From: Flavobacteriaceae bacterium
GTDB lineage: Bacteria > Bacteroidota > Bacteroidia > Flavobacteriales > Flavobacteriaceae
DNA length: 64,000 bases
Assembly: GCA_035654795.1 (NCBI GenBank)
Contig: DASRWC010000011.1
Coordinates: 9,734-73,733, forward strand
Reading direction: 5' to 3'
Shown: positions 46,685-59,062 of the stretch, piece by piece
Position numbering within the stretch: position 1 is the first letter of the stretch
How the letters are laid out: every line of letters begins with the position of its first letter
Made by a program: the position numbers and the translations under genes
Notes under the pieces: model-generated
The model's input: the letters and a program-made list of their open reading frames with translations, nothing else
What the model was told of the DNA's origin: nothing
Database searches by the model: none

Positions 46685-47521
46685 ATGGATCAGAAAGAAT
46701 CGGTTCGACTAAATAAAGCAATCAGCGATAGTGGATATTGCTCCAGACGTGAGGCTGATGTTTTGATAGAAAAAGGTCGTGTCACTTTAAATGGAAAACA
46801 GGCTGTTTTAGGAGATCGTGTCTATCCTGAAGATGAAGTAAAAATTGACGGAAAGCCCATAAAGGAAAATACAAACGAGGTTTATATTATCCTTAATAAG
46901 CCGGTGGGCATCACCTGTACTACCGATACGCGTTTTGAAGGGAATGTTATTGATTTTATAAATCATCCCGAACGGATTTTTCCTGTAGGAAGGCTGGATA
47001 AGCCAAGTGAAGGTTTATTGTTGCTCACAAACGACGGAAATATCGTCAACAAAATTCTTCGTGCGGGAAATGCTCATGAGAAGGAATATATCGTTAAGGT
47101 CAATAGACCCATAACTGATGATTTTATAAAAAGGATGGGAGCCGGTGTTCCTATTCTCGATACAGTAACAAAACGTTGCAAAGTTGAACAAATCAGCCGT
47201 TTCGAATTCCGAATCATTCTTATTCAAGGCTTGAACCGACAGATTAGACGAATGTGTGAGTATCTGGATTATGAAGTTGTTGAGTTGAAGCGAATTAGAT
47301 TGATGAACCTGACTTTAGATAATCTTGCAGTAGGAGAGTGGCGAAATCTAACAGTGAAAGAGTTACAGATTTTAAAGGATTCCGTAAAAGACAGTGACGG
47401 TCGCCCAACGGCTCCAAAAGCATTGAAACAAACTAAAAATAAGAAAACACTTCCTATAGAAAGAAGTGGAGACAAGAGAGATTACTCTTCAGGAAAGATG
47501 CGCAGACGCCGTGGGAAATAA
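46685..47521 (+). CDS. RsuA/RluF-type 23S rRNA pseudouridine synthase
   Basis: S4 domain (VRLNKAISDSGYCSRREAD), catalytic GRLDKPSEGLLLLTNDG, basic C-terminal tail. ATG at 46685 preferred over 46628. Confidence 0.85.
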   Translation: MDQKESVRLNKAISDSGYCSRREADVLIEKGRVTLNGKQAVLGDRVYPEDEVKIDGKPIKENTNEVYIILNKPVGITCTTDTRFEGNVIDFINHPERIFPVGRLDKPSEGLLLLTNDGNIVNKILRAGNAHEKEYIVKVNRPITDDFIKRMGAGVPILDTVTKRCKVEQISRFEFRIILIQGLNRQIRRMCEYLDYEVVELKRIRLMNLTLDNLAVGEWRNLTVKELQILKDSVKDSDGRPTAPKALKQTKNKKTLPIERSGDKRDYSSGKMRRRRGK

Positions 47522-47525
47522 AAAA

Positions 47526-47553
47526 ACCACACGCCGATTGAGTAGCGTGCGGT
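47526..47553. terminator. Hairpin between the convergent rluF-like and hsp20 genes
   Basis: ACCACACGC / GCGTGCGGT (9 bp with 1 mismatch), flanked by an A-tract and CATTTTC. Confidence 0.5.
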
Positions 47554-47586
47554 CATTTTCAACTAACTAACCAAATTAAATTTCAA

Positions 47587-48063
47587 TTATGAAATCTCAA
47601 CCATTCTTTTAAGTACTTTTTCTTCTACTTTTGGAAGTTTCAGCTTAAGTACTCCGTTCTCATAATTTGCCTGAATTTCATCTGTATTGATGTTTTCAGG
47701 AAGTTTGAAAGAACGTATAAATTTTGAAAAGTTAAATTCTTTTCTTCTAATTTTCACGTCTACTTGCTCTTCTGATTCTGTGTTAGCATCCACTTCTGTA
47801 TTTGCTTCGTTTTTCTCAGAATCAATTACTTCTGTTTTACCGGCACTAATTTTTAAAAGATCTTTTTCAACTTCAACGGAAAAGTCTTCTTTCTTTAAAC
47901 CCGGTGCCGCAATTTCGAGTACAAAGCTATCAGAATTTTCCAAAATATTCACCGCAGGAACATTAAAAGTTTCCCAATTGCGAGGAAGATCAATTTTGCT
48001 GTCAAAGAACAAGCTGTCTAAAAGTTTAGGCAACCATACGTCATTTCTATTAACTGTTTTCAT
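47587..48063 (-). CDS. Hsp20/alpha-crystallin family small heat-shock protein
   Basis: PAVNILENSDSFVLEIAAPGLKKEDF, and a YENGVLKLKLPK C-terminal motif. Confidence 0.9.
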   Translation of the reverse strand: MKTVNRNDVWLPKLLDSLFFDSKIDLPRNWETFNVPAVNILENSDSFVLEIAAPGLKKEDFSVEVEKDLLKISAGKTEVIDSEKNEANTEVDANTESEEQVDVKIRRKEFNFSKFIRSFKLPENINTDEIQANYENGVLKLKLPKVEEKVLKRMVEIS

Positions 48064-48217
48064 ATCGTTTTATTGTTTTAGTTTCAAATTATTTTTACTA
48101 CTAAATAACAAAAACAATTCCACCTCAATTACAACGACTTTTTGGCAGCAAAATCCTTTTTCTGCCTGACTTTTTGACAAAGAACTTCTAAATGACTGTG
48201 CAAATAGAAATAATTTT

Positions 48218-48252
48218 TGAAAAAAGAAAGCTTCGGAATTTCTTCCGAAGCT
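48218..48252 (-). terminator. Intrinsic terminator after sucC
   Basis: Perfect 10-bp stem AGCTTCGGAA / TTCCGAAGCT, 4-nt loop. On the minus strand it is followed by TTCTTTTTT. Confidence 0.85.
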
Positions 48253-48273
48253 GGATTCTTTCTATGAGTTTAT

Positions 48274-49464
48274 CTATGCAAGAACTTCTTTCACCTTGTC
48301 GGCAGCTTCCTGGAACTCAACGGCACTGTGTACATCCAAACCGCTTTCATCAATCATTTTCTTTGCAATATCTGCATTCGTTCCTTGAAGTCTGACAATA
48401 ATAGGAACATTGATGTTCCCAATGTTTTTGTAGGCGTCAATCACTCCTTGCGCCACGCGATCACAACGCACAATTCCTCCAAAAATATTTATTAGGATGG
48501 CTTTTACGTTTGGATCTTTTAAAATAAGATGGAAAGCAGCCTCTACACGTTCCGCATCAGCTGTTCCCCCCACGTCTAGAAAGTTGGCAGGCTCTCCTCC
48601 GGCTTGTTTGATTAAATCCATGGTAGCCATTGCGAGTCCGGCACCGTTTACCATACAACCTACGTTTCCATCCAGATCTACATAGTTAAGACCTTTTTCT
48701 CCGGCTTCTACTTCAATAGGATTTTCTTCCCTTTTGTCTCTCATAGCTTGATAATCTTTATGACGGAACAGTGCGTTATCGTCTATGGTTACCTTGGCGT
48801 CAACAGCAATGATTTTATCATCACTGGTTTTTAACACCGGGTTGATTTCAAAAAGGGATGAATCAGATTCGGTATAGGCTTTATAAAGCGCTTTTACGAA
48901 TTTCACCATTTCTTTGTATGCAGTACCTGAAAGACCAAGGTTGAAAGCAATACGTTGTGCTTGGAAGTTTGCTAATCCTACAGCGGGATCGATTTCTTCG
49001 GTAAAAATAAGATGAGGAGTCTCTTCGGCTACAGTTTCAATATCCATTCCTCCTTCAGTGGAGTACATAATCATGTTTCTGCCGGTGCTTCTATTTAACA
49101 GTACGCTCATATAGAATTCCGCAGTTTCGCTTTCTCCCGGATAGTATACATCTTCTGCTACCAATACTTGATGCACTTTCTTTCCTTCGGCTGAAGTTTG
49201 GGGTGTTATCAAGTTCATACCGATAATTTGAGAAGCAATATTTTTAACGTCGTCAAGGTTTTTGGCCAGTTTTACTCCGCCACCTTTTCCACGTCCTCCG
49301 GCATGAACCTGTGCTTTGATTACATGCCATCCGGTTCCGGTTTGCTCAGTTAATTTCTTGGCTGCTTCTACGGCTTCTTCGGGGGTTGTTGCAACAATTC
49401 CTCGTTGTACTTGAACGCCAAAGCTGCTCAATATTTCTTTTCCTTGATATTCGTGTAAGTTCAT
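48274..49464 (-). CDS. sucC: Succinate--CoA ligase (ADP-forming) beta subunit
   Basis: MNLHEYQGKEIL, VHAGGRGKGGGVK, GCMVNGAGLAMATMD, NIFGGIVRCD. Confidence 0.97.
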   Translation of the reverse strand: MNLHEYQGKEILSSFGVQVQRGIVATTPEEAVEAAKKLTEQTGTGWHVIKAQVHAGGRGKGGGVKLAKNLDDVKNIASQIIGMNLITPQTSAEGKKVHQVLVAEDVYYPGESETAEFYMSVLLNRSTGRNMIMYSTEGGMDIETVAEETPHLIFTEEIDPAVGLANFQAQRIAFNLGLSGTAYKEMVKFVKALYKAYTESDSSLFEINPVLKTSDDKIIAVDAKVTIDDNALFRHKDYQAMRDKREENPIEVEAGEKGLNYVDLDGNVGCMVNGAGLAMATMDLIKQAGGEPANFLDVGGTADAERVEAAFHLILKDPNVKAILINIFGGIVRCDRVAQGVIDAYKNIGNINVPIIVRLQGTNADIAKKMIDESGLDVHSAVEFQEAADKVKEVLA

Positions 49465-49778
49465 AATAAGAGTTTGAAATTCCTGCCTTCCGGCGTTAGA
49501 AAATGATTATTGGAATGCAAAAATAACAAATGTTCAACGATTGGGCTAAGATTTTTTAACATGAGCAGCGAATTAAGCAGACATAATTAACGAAAGTTGA
49601 ATCATTGAAATTAGATGACATTTTTGGCGGAATAGAAAAATTACACTTTTCTAACAATTGGCAAGAGTGATTAAAATTTTTTCAAAAAGGAGAGCATAAA
49701 AATATTTTTTTAAATAGTTTCCTATTCCATTTATAAGATTATCTTTACCGCTTATTTCAATTTATATTTATTATTACA

Positions 49779-49970
49779 ATGCACAAAGGAAAAGTAAAAT
49801 TCTTCAACGCCACAAAAGGATTCGGTTTTATAGTTGAAGATGGAGCCAACAAAGAACATTTTGTACACGTTACAGGATTAGTGGATGAAATCCGCGAAGG
49901 TGACGAAGTAGAATTTGATCTTAAAGAAGGAAAAAAAGGATTAAACGCCGTGAACGTGAGAGTTCTGTAG
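49779..49970 (+). CDS. Cold-shock protein (CspA family)
   Basis: KGKVKFFNATKGFGFI (RNP1) and HFVHV (RNP2). 63 aa. Long AT-rich upstream region. Confidence 0.95.
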   Translation: MHKGKVKFFNATKGFGFIVEDGANKEHFVHVTGLVDEIREGDEVEFDLKEGKKGLNAVNVRVL

Positions 49971-49996
49971 TTATATACGATCTTTTTAAAGTCAAG

Positions 49997-50019
49997 TCCC
50001 GCCATGTGCGGGATTTTTT
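49997..50019 (+). terminator. Intrinsic terminator after csp
   Basis: TCCCGC / GCGGGA stem, 5-nt loop, then T6. Confidence 0.75.
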
Positions 50020-50033
50020 GATTTTTGACCGAA

Positions 50034-50975
50034 TTAAAGTTTCGCAACTTCTTCTTTGGCGCTGTTAAATTCAGTAATTATAGCTCTTACTATTTGAGAT
50101 GCCGGCTTTATATCATGAATTAATCCGGCTACCTGACCAATTTCGAGTTCCCCTTCTTCTAAATTGCCCTCAAACATACCAAGTTTTGCCCTTGCCCGAC
50201 CGAGATGCTGTACAAGTTGATCGCGTGTTGGATTAGTGGCATACAGTTCCATAACACTGTCAAAAAACTTATTTCGAAGTAGGCGAACAGGAGCCAATTC
50301 TTTTAATGTGAGATAGGTATCACCGTCTTCCGCTTCAATAACGGCCTTTTTGAAATTGGGATGTGCGGAACTTTCTTCAGAAGCTACAAACCGACTCCCA
50401 ATCTGTACGCCATCTGCACCAAGAACCATGGCTGCTAACATTCCGCGTCCGGTGGCAATTCCTCCGGCCGCAATTAAAGGAATACTGATTTTTTCTTTGA
50501 CCATTGGAATTAAGGTAAAAGTAGTAGTTTCCTCCCGACCGTTGTGCCCTCCTGCTTCAAACCCTTCAGCTACAATGGCGTCCACTCCTGCTTCCTGTGC
50601 TTTAAGAGCAAATTTTACACTACTTACAACATGCACCACTGTAATTCCGTGCGCTTTCAATTTTGAAGTAAAAGTTTTGGGATTTCCTGCCGAGGTAAAG
50701 ACAATTTTAACTCCTTCCTTAATAATGATATCTATTATCTCTTCAATATTAGGGTAGAGCATCGGAACGTTTACACCGAAAGGTTTGTCTGTTGCTTTTT
50801 TACACTTTTGGATGTGTTCTAAAAGTACATGCGGATACATGGAGCCGGCGCCAAGAAGACCTAATCCGCCTGCGTTTGCTACGGCACTTGCCAGACGCCA
50901 TCCGCTGTTCCAAATCATTCCGGCTTGAATGATGGGATATTCAATGTCGAAAAGTTCAGTAATTCGGGTTTTCAC
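50034..50975 (-). CDS. NAD(P)H-dependent flavin oxidoreductase (nitronate monooxygenase / FabK-like family)
   Basis: FDIEYPIIQAGM, GGLGLLGAG, and IPLIAAGGIATG FMN-binding pattern. GTG start overlaps the upstream stop by 1 nt. Confidence 0.85.
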   Translation of the reverse strand: MKTRITELFDIEYPIIQAGMIWNSGWRLASAVANAGGLGLLGAGSMYPHVLLEHIQKCKKATDKPFGVNVPMLYPNIEEIIDIIIKEGVKIVFTSAGNPKTFTSKLKAHGITVVHVVSSVKFALKAQEAGVDAIVAEGFEAGGHNGREETTTFTLIPMVKEKISIPLIAAGGIATGRGMLAAMVLGADGVQIGSRFVASEESSAHPNFKKAVIEAEDGDTYLTLKELAPVRLLRNKFFDSVMELYATNPTRDQLVQHLGRARAKLGMFEGNLEEGELEIGQVAGLIHDIKPASQIVRAIITEFNSAKEEVAKL

Positions 50976-52591
50976 TATTTTTTAATTATTTTAAAGCTCG
51001 TGGTTTTATTTTCAGAAGTTATGGATACTAAATAGACTCCGGAATTTAGCGAGCTAATATCCACACTGTTAGCAGTAGGTGAAATCTGCTGCTGCATAAG
51101 TTTTTGTCCTAAAATGTTATATAGAGCGAGTTGAGCGACTGTTTTGTTATTTGGAAAAGAAACAAAAAATCTCGATTCTACAGGATTGGGATAAATGGCA
51201 AAAAGCTGTTGTTGCATCTGCACTTCAATTCCAAGTTGCTCTACTCTTGCCAGTGCATCACCAAAATCAGGTATTCCATAACCCATTTCATCTGTCGGAG
51301 AGGAATATAGACTAGATGACTCTCGTATAATTTGCATGATAACGTTATTTTTTAGATGTGGTGCGGCTTGCCATAAAGAGGCCACTGCTCCTGCGATAAT
51401 AGGTCCGCTAAATGATGTTCCATTTGAAAAAGAAACGCTTCCGTATTCATTTATGATCGCTGCACTCTCTCCTTGAGCCATAACATCAGGCTTAATCCTG
51501 CCGTCATAGGTCGGGCCATGAGAACTGAACCATGCCCGCGTTCCGTCTGAATCTACAGCTCCCACTGTGAAGGATCCCAGAGCATCTGCCGGACTGGTAA
51601 TATAACCGAAACGGGAACCCTCATTTCCCGCGGAGACAACGTTTAGCATACCTTTTTCAAAAGCAATATTAGACCCTCGGGCTCCCAATGTTGTATGACC
51701 GTCTAGATCAGCGTATTGATAATTGTAGGCCGGAACATCAAAATCCAAATATCCCAGAGAAGTATTTGTTACAAAAACGCCCAGACTGTCTGCACGTTCT
51801 AGAGCTTCAACCCACCATGCTTCTTCCACCGGAGATTCTTGTCTGCCATCTTCAGTAATAAATAAATAGTAAGATGCCTTAGGAGCCGTTCCAACATATT
51901 CCCCATCAATAAACGCCGCGGCAGTGCTTAAGGTAGCCGCACCATGGCTTCCGGTTCCACGCGGATTTTCAGTGCGATCCACAAAATCATAATACCCTAA
52001 TAACCTACCTTGGTTTCGCATTTGAAGATAGGCTCTGTTTTGAAGAACATTGGGATAACCATTGTCCATAAAAGCTATTGTTATTCCCTGTCCGTCATAA
52101 TTTTCTTCATGAAGAGCGTTGACTTGAATCATCTCAACCTGATTCCCGGCGTATCCATAATTATAATTAGTTCTGTGTTCCGTCTCAACCTCAAATTTGT
52201 CTCTTAAAGGTTTTGGCTGAAATCTTCTGTTGAGACTCCTGTCCAAAAACTCAATTTCCCTTACATATGACAAATTTGCCAGGCTGTTGATTGCAGAAAT
52301 ACTTCCCCGAACGTAAACCGCATTTAACCATTTTGACTTGGCCAATACGGTAATGCCGCTTCTTGCGGCAATAGCCGCCTTATAAGTCTCATTTACAGGA
52401 ACATCTCTTTCGTCTATCAGAATGTTATGCAACGCTTTTCTGTCTAATGATTTCTGAGACAGAATGGTAATGGGATTTGCCAATGCGTCTGCCACATTTG
52501 GTTTGTCTGTAAAGTAAATCAAAGCATCGTTTTGCTGTGCAAGACTACTTACTGATACAAGAATTGCGATGACGAATAGAATTGGTTTCAT
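50975..52591 (-). CDS. S8 (subtilisin) family peptidase with a T9SS C-terminal sorting domain
   Basis: Catalytic triad contexts IAFMDNG, GSHGAATLS and NGTSFSGP. C-terminal LALYNILGQKL..GVYLVSI..FKIIKK is typical of a type A Por sorting domain. Confidence 0.9.
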   Translation of the reverse strand: MKPILFVIAILVSVSSLAQQNDALIYFTDKPNVADALANPITILSQKSLDRKALHNILIDERDVPVNETYKAAIAARSGITVLAKSKWLNAVYVRGSISAINSLANLSYVREIEFLDRSLNRRFQPKPLRDKFEVETEHRTNYNYGYAGNQVEMIQVNALHEENYDGQGITIAFMDNGYPNVLQNRAYLQMRNQGRLLGYYDFVDRTENPRGTGSHGAATLSTAAAFIDGEYVGTAPKASYYLFITEDGRQESPVEEAWWVEALERADSLGVFVTNTSLGYLDFDVPAYNYQYADLDGHTTLGARGSNIAFEKGMLNVVSAGNEGSRFGYITSPADALGSFTVGAVDSDGTRAWFSSHGPTYDGRIKPDVMAQGESAAIINEYGSVSFSNGTSFSGPIIAGAVASLWQAAPHLKNNVIMQIIRESSSLYSSPTDEMGYGIPDFGDALARVEQLGIEVQMQQQLFAIYPNPVESRFFVSFPNNKTVAQLALYNILGQKLMQQQISPTANSVDISSLNSGVYLVSITSENKTTSFKIIKK

Positions 52592-52601
52592 ATGTTATGA
52601 T

Positions 52602-53813
52602 TTAGGAAATTACCCCGCTTCCCAATAATTCCGAATCCCGATACCAGGCAACAAACTGCCCCTCGGTTATTGCAGATTGAGGATTTTCAAAGATAACATA
52701 TAGGCCTGAAACAGTTTGGTATAAAACAGCTTTTTCTAAAGGCTGTCTATAGCGAATGCGCGCCATTATATTCATTTCTTCACCTTCCTTCAATCGTAAA
52801 TCTTCCCGAATCCAATGAACTTCCTCATTTTTCACGAAGAGACCCTTGCGGTATAATCCAGGATGGTTTTTTCCTTGACCCGTATATATAATATTATTTT
52901 CCACATCGGTGTCTAACACAAAAAGCGGCTCTTTTGTGCCACCAACAGCAAGCCCTTTTCTTTGACCTATGGTAAAATAATGCGCACCGTGATGCATACC
53001 TACTTCTTTCCCGTCTTGTAGGGAATATTCAAATTTTGCCGAATAATGTCGAAGCATGTCTTCTTGAGAATAGAAATCCGGGACACCTACATCATATCTA
53101 TCAAGTTCAGCAGGCACTTCGATGATCACTCCGTCTTTTGGTGCGAGTTTTTGTTGAAGAAATTCGGGAAGCCTTACTTTCCCAATAAAACAGAGCCCTT
53201 GAGAGTCTCGTTTCTCGGCGGTAACCAATTGTTGCTGAGAAGCTATTTCTCTTACTTCAGACTTCATATATTCTCCAATTGGAAAAAGTGTTTTTGACAA
53301 TTGATCTTGCGAGAGCTGACAAAGAAAATAGGATTGATCTTTATGCGGATCCTTTCCTGCCAATAATCTGTAAATTTCTTTTCCGTCTTTTTCTATAACT
53401 GCTTTACGACAGTAATGCCCGGTAGCAACGTAATCAGCACCAAGCCCGAGAGCAATTTTCAAGAAAACATCAAACTTGATTTCACGATTGCACAGAACAT
53501 CGGGATTTGGTGTGCGACCCATCTCATATTCCCGAAACATATAATCTACGATACGTTCTTTATATTCCTCTGATAAATCTACTGTCTGAAAGGGAATATT
53601 TAGTTTCTGAGCTACCAGCATGGCATCATTGCTGTCATCAAGCCACGGACATTCTTTGGAAATTGTAACGGAATCGTCATGCCAGTTTTTCATAAAAAGA
53701 CCAATAACCTCATATCCTTGCTCTTTTAGGAGATATGCGGCCACACTGGAATCCACACCGCCACTCAATCCTACAACTACTCTTTTCTTTTTTTCCATGC
53801 TTAAAAAACTCAT
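52602..53813 (-). CDS. mnmA: tRNA 2-thiouridine(34) synthase
   Basis: PP-loop [31 protein letters not shown]. Alternative ATG at 53798. Confidence 0.95.
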   Translation of the reverse strand: MSFLSMEKKKRVVVGLSGGVDSSVAAYLLKEQGYEVIGLFMKNWHDDSVTISKECPWLDDSNDAMLVAQKLNIPFQTVDLSEEYKERIVDYMFREYEMGRTPNPDVLCNREIKFDVFLKIALGLGADYVATGHYCRKAVIEKDGKEIYRLLAGKDPHKDQSYFLCQLSQDQLSKTLFPIGEYMKSEVREIASQQQLVTAEKRDSQGLCFIGKVRLPEFLQQKLAPKDGVIIEVPAELDRYDVGVPDFYSQEDMLRHYSAKFEYSLQDGKEVGMHHGAHYFTIGQRKGLAVGGTKEPLFVLDTDVENNIIYTGQGKNHPGLYRKGLFVKNEEVHWIREDLRLKEGEEMNIMARIRYRQPLEKAVLYQTVSGLYVIFENPQSAITEGQFVAWYRDSELLGSGVIS

Positions 53814-53877
53814 TTTTCCTTCAACTTATGAATTTAGAAGAAGGATTCGATAAACCTTACAAAATTAAAAGATTTAA

Positions 53878-54561
53878 TTAATGCTTCGGGAATTGCTCTT
53901 CCCTTACCTCTCCGTTTTCATAATAGCGCCACTTGCCATCTTTCATTCCCTGCTTATACTGACCTTCAATGAGTTTTTTTCCCTTAGTATCATAATAAAC
54001 AGCCGGGCCATGAAGCTTCCCGTTCTTGTAAAATAATTTTCTTAAAAGAACTCCTTCTGAAGAATAATATTTTTCTTCCCCTTCTTGGATCCCGTTTTTG
54101 TAATATTGCTCCTCAGCAATTTTTCCATCAGGATAAAACGTTCTTTTTAGTCCGTGTAATTTGTCTCTCTCATAATTCTCTTCCGTCATAATCGAAGAGG
54201 CATTTTTATGGTAGTATATCCACTTTCCTATATGGATTTTGCCGTCCATTTTTCCTTCGCTGATAAGCTTTCCGTTGTCAAAAAACTTGACTTCCGCAAT
54301 ATCATTTTTCGGATTAAAAGATTTAATGACATTGGGAGTGTTGCCACAGTCTTCGCAGTAAAATCGGAATTCACCAATTTCTTTGCCGTGATGGAATTTG
54401 CCTTCGTAGCGTAGCTGTGGTTTTTTCGTGTTTGGGTAATATTGCTTCCAAATGCCATGTCTGCGTCCTTCAGAGTCAAACTGATTGATGTTTTCCTGAG
54501 CACGGAGAGAGGGCACGGCAAAAGCTAGAATAAAAAGGAAAAAAACTAAATTCTTTTTCAT
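53878..54561 (-). CDS. Secreted MORN-repeat-variant (YwqK-like) protein
   Basis: Signal peptide ending LRAQE. Repeated Y-x-NG-x-x-x-G-x-x-x-Y units (YYKNGIQEGEEKYY, FYKNGKLHGPAVYY, etc.). Confidence 0.8.
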   Translation of the reverse strand: MKKNLVFFLFILAFAVPSLRAQENINQFDSEGRRHGIWKQYYPNTKKPQLRYEGKFHHGKEIGEFRFYCEDCGNTPNVIKSFNPKNDIAEVKFFDNGKLISEGKMDGKIHIGKWIYYHKNASSIMTEENYERDKLHGLKRTFYPDGKIAEEQYYKNGIQEGEEKYYSSEGVLLRKLFYKNGKLHGPAVYYDTKGKKLIEGQYKQGMKDGKWRYYENGEVREEQFPKH

Positions 54562-54618
54562 CTACTTGCTAATTTTACTCCATTGACGACGATTCTCTTT
54601 TATGTAGAGAAATAATGG

Positions 54619-56502
54619 TTATTTCTTTCGTTGCTGCTGCTGTTTTTGCTGTTCTGCCTGTTCCATAATTTCAGCCATTTTCCGCTGGAATCTGTTTTGT
54701 TTTTTGGGCTGTGCTTTCTTGTGTTCAATTTTTGCAAGAACTTTATCTTCGTCAATAATCACATGTTTTATAACAAGCATGATGCCAATGGTAATTAAAT
54801 TGGAGACGAAGTAATAAAGCGAAAGTCCACTCGCATAGTTGTTAAAGAAAATCAACATAAACAACGGAGACAAATACATAATGAACTTCATATTTGGCAT
54901 CCCGGGTTGTTGCTGTTGTTGCATACTTTGTCCGGTAGTCATCATCATGTAAACGAAAATAGCAAGAGAAGCCAATATGGGGAACAAGCTGATATGATCG
55001 CCATAAAAAGGAACGTGGAAAGGCAAATCAACAATGGTATCATAACTCGACAAGTCATCTGCCCAAAGAAATTTTTTCTGACGCAAATCAAATGCCGAAG
55101 GGAAGAACGTGAAGAGTGCATAAAACACCGGAATCTGCAATAAAGCCGGAAGGCATCCTTGAAGTGGACTGGCACCGGCAGACGATTGCAATTTCATGGT
55201 CTCTTGCTGTATCTTCATTTGGTTTCCTTCATATTTCTTCCGAATCTCATCAATCTCCGGTTTTAAGATTTTCATTTTGGCTTGTGCCAGATACTGTTTA
55301 TACTGTACCGGAGAAAGCAGAAGTTTTACCAATATGGTGAGCACGATAATGGCAATCCCTGCCGGAAGAAAATCGCTCAGAAATCCAAAAACAGGTATAA
55401 TGACATACTTATTAATCCATCCGAAAATTCCCCAACCTAATGGCATAGCCTTATCTAAATTTCGACCATATTTTCTGAAAATTTTATAATCGGTAGGACC
55501 GTAATACATGTTCATGTCATAGGCCAGACGCCCATTTTTCGCCTCTAAAAGAATTTTGGCATCATACTTCTTTGTGTAAACGGTGTCTATTTCTTCATCT
55601 TTCACCAAGTTATTGGAAGAAAAGGTTACTTCCTTAAAAGGCGTATCCGTTAAGAGCATAGAGCTGAAAAAGTGCTGGCGGAAATTCATCCAGCTCACAT
55701 CTTGTCTAACTTTTGAATCTTGTCCGGTTGGAGAAAGTTTTGAATGTTTATTCCCTTCATATTCATAAGTGAGACGGGAGTAGCGATTTTCGTATGAGAT
55801 GCTCTTCGCGTGGCGGTATCCGGTTAATTCCCAATTCAATTCCATGGGTTGCGATGTATCCAGAATGCCTTCAAGACCTTGGCTGTTAATTCCGAAGTCC
55901 ATCATGTATTCTCCCGGATGCAAGGTGTATCGGTATTCAATAAAAGCATTATCCGATGTCTTTAATCTCATGGAAAGAATCTTATCCTCTCCGTTTTGAG
56001 AAAGCTGTGGCTCAAAGTACAGGTCGGCCGTATTAAGCATTCTGTTCTCAGCAGAAAAACGCAGATTTAATCCGGCGTTTCCGTCCCGAATGAGATACAC
56101 CGGTAAAGAATCATATTGCGTATGTTTTTTTAACCTGGCTTCAGTTATATATCCTCCTTTGTTGCTGACTTTCAAGTAAAGTACATCATTCTCCAAAACG
56201 GTTTCGGCATCAACGGCAGATGGCAACATTCCGGAATAGGCGAAAGATCCCAGTCTGTTTTTTAACTGCTCAATAGCCAGAGAATCGTTGCTGCTTGTAG
56301 CGGCCATTTGTGCTGTAGCTTCGCTTAACGAAACGTCTGTTGTTTTGTGCTGTTCGGCTTGCGCTGCTGCAGCTTCTTTTTTTGCTTTTTCTGCTTGAAT
56401 TTCTTCTTCGGAAGGCTTGTTGAGGAATAACATCCAGATCAAAATTCCGCTGATTAATACAAAACCGATTAATGAATTCTTGTCAAATTGTTTTTGCTCC
56501 AT
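54619..56502 (-). CDS. yidC: Membrane protein insertase YidC (long Bacteroidota form)
   Basis: N-terminal TM helix, large periplasmic domain, conserved core GWGIFGWI..PLQGCLPALLQIPVF, basic C-terminal tail. Confidence 0.93.
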   Translation of the reverse strand: MEQKQFDKNSLIGFVLISGILIWMLFLNKPSEEEIQAEKAKKEAAAAQAEQHKTTDVSLSEATAQMAATSSNDSLAIEQLKNRLGSFAYSGMLPSAVDAETVLENDVLYLKVSNKGGYITEARLKKHTQYDSLPVYLIRDGNAGLNLRFSAENRMLNTADLYFEPQLSQNGEDKILSMRLKTSDNAFIEYRYTLHPGEYMMDFGINSQGLEGILDTSQPMELNWELTGYRHAKSISYENRYSRLTYEYEGNKHSKLSPTGQDSKVRQDVSWMNFRQHFFSSMLLTDTPFKEVTFSSNNLVKDEEIDTVYTKKYDAKILLEAKNGRLAYDMNMYYGPTDYKIFRKYGRNLDKAMPLGWGIFGWINKYVIIPVFGFLSDFLPAGIAIIVLTILVKLLLSPVQYKQYLAQAKMKILKPEIDEIRKKYEGNQMKIQQETMKLQSSAGASPLQGCLPALLQIPVFYALFTFFPSAFDLRQKKFLWADDLSSYDTIVDLPFHVPFYGDHISLFPILASLAIFVYMMMTTGQSMQQQQQPGMPNMKFIMYLSPLFMLIFFNNYASGLSLYYFVSNLITIGIMLVIKHVIIDEDKVLAKIEHKKAQPKKQNRFQRKMAEIMEQAEQQKQQQQRKK

Positions 56503-56570
56503 ATCGCGTTGCGCGTTTATATGTTTAAAGATCCTTTTTCAGGATAGAGTTTAAAATAAAAAGTTTTTCT

Positions 56571-58244
<1,674 letters not shown>

Positions 58245-58300
58245 TTATTGTGGAAGCGAAAGAAAATCGCGAATTGAAATAGACGAAGAAATACTTGTAT

Positions 58301-58525
58301 TTATTTCCGGATTAACGGACGCAACAGCGGTTCTAAGCCGTTAATTTTAATTTCGAGCATTTCTTGCATCATTCTTCCCAATTTTCCGGGAGGAAATCCT
58401 TTTTGTCTGAACCATAAATAATAAAATTCGGGCACATCTATCAGTCGCCAATTTTTATACTTTCCAAAAGGCATTCTGTAGTTTGCCAATTCAATAAGGG
58501 CTTCGTTATTGCTTCCACTTGTCAT
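58301..58525 (-). CDS. DUF3820-like small protein
   Basis: MPFGKYKNWRLIDVPEFYYLWF..GFPPGKLG motif. Overlaps the upstream gene by 20 nt. Confidence 0.65.
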   Translation of the reverse strand: MTSGSNNEALIELANYRMPFGKYKNWRLIDVPEFYYLWFRQKGFPPGKLGRMMQEMLEIKINGLEPLLRPLIRK

Positions 58526-59033
58526 AAAGCATCAGTTGTTTGGCAATATACGCTTCCCAAAAAGCTTCTTTTTTTACATTTTGAGAATGATCGGTTTCTG
58601 CATCAAATCGGCGTTGCATAGACTTCCGTTGTTGCTCAACTTTGTTATAGATGGTATGGATTTCGTTTTTGATGTTTTTAGTGAATCTTTTTTCACTTAA
58701 TCGCTTTCTTAGAATTCTGGCGTGCAGTTCCGAGATGTCAAAATGCGCTTGTTCATGACGTAAAATATGATCATCTGCTAAGTGAGGGAAGTACCACGAC
58801 TCAGAAGGGTTGAAAAAACTCGAGATGGTGAATGTTACTTCTATTTCGCCGTTATTCATGGTATAAGAGTAACCAAATTCCACTCCTGTGTTGGTGATGG
58901 CGGCAAAAGGTGAATTGGATTCGGGAGTTCCTCTAAAGTCAGACCATTGCAACTTCCTTGACTCGTGCCACAGAATTCGTTGCTCCGCTTGTGGAAGGCA
59001 AACAAAGAGCAGTAAGGTCAAGATAAGTTTCAT
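58506..59033 (-). CDS. Secreted DUF922-like putative zinc metalloprotease
   Basis: Signal peptide. HEQAH (HExxH) in LRHEQAHFDISE. Confidence 0.6.
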   Translation of the reverse strand: MKLILTLLLFVCLPQAEQRILWHESRKLQWSDFRGTPESNSPFAAITNTGVEFGYSYTMNNGEIEVTFTISSFFNPSESWYFPHLADDHILRHEQAHFDISELHARILRKRLSEKRFTKNIKNEIHTIYNKVEQQRKSMQRRFDAETDHSQNVKKEAFWEAYIAKQLMLYDKWKQ

Positions 59034-59062
59034 GAGCAGACATATTCTTTAGAAACAACTAA

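Noticed and set aside
47687-48169. 160-aa plus-strand ORF covering the hsp20 gene.
   Set aside because: The Ser/Phe/Leu-rich sequence mirrors the Glu/Lys-rich hsp20 frame. The hsp20 frame carries the alpha-crystallin motifs, and this one has none.
50350-50757. 135-aa plus-strand ORF inside the flavin oxidoreductase gene.
   Set aside because: An Ala/Pro/Ser-rich reverse-frame artefact of a Gly/Ala-rich TIM-barrel gene.
53878-54561. A YwqK-like MORN-repeat protein as part of a toxin-antitoxin or immunity system.
   Set aside because: It has a signal peptide. No adjacent toxin-like or polymorphic-toxin gene is present; the flanks are mnmA and yidC.
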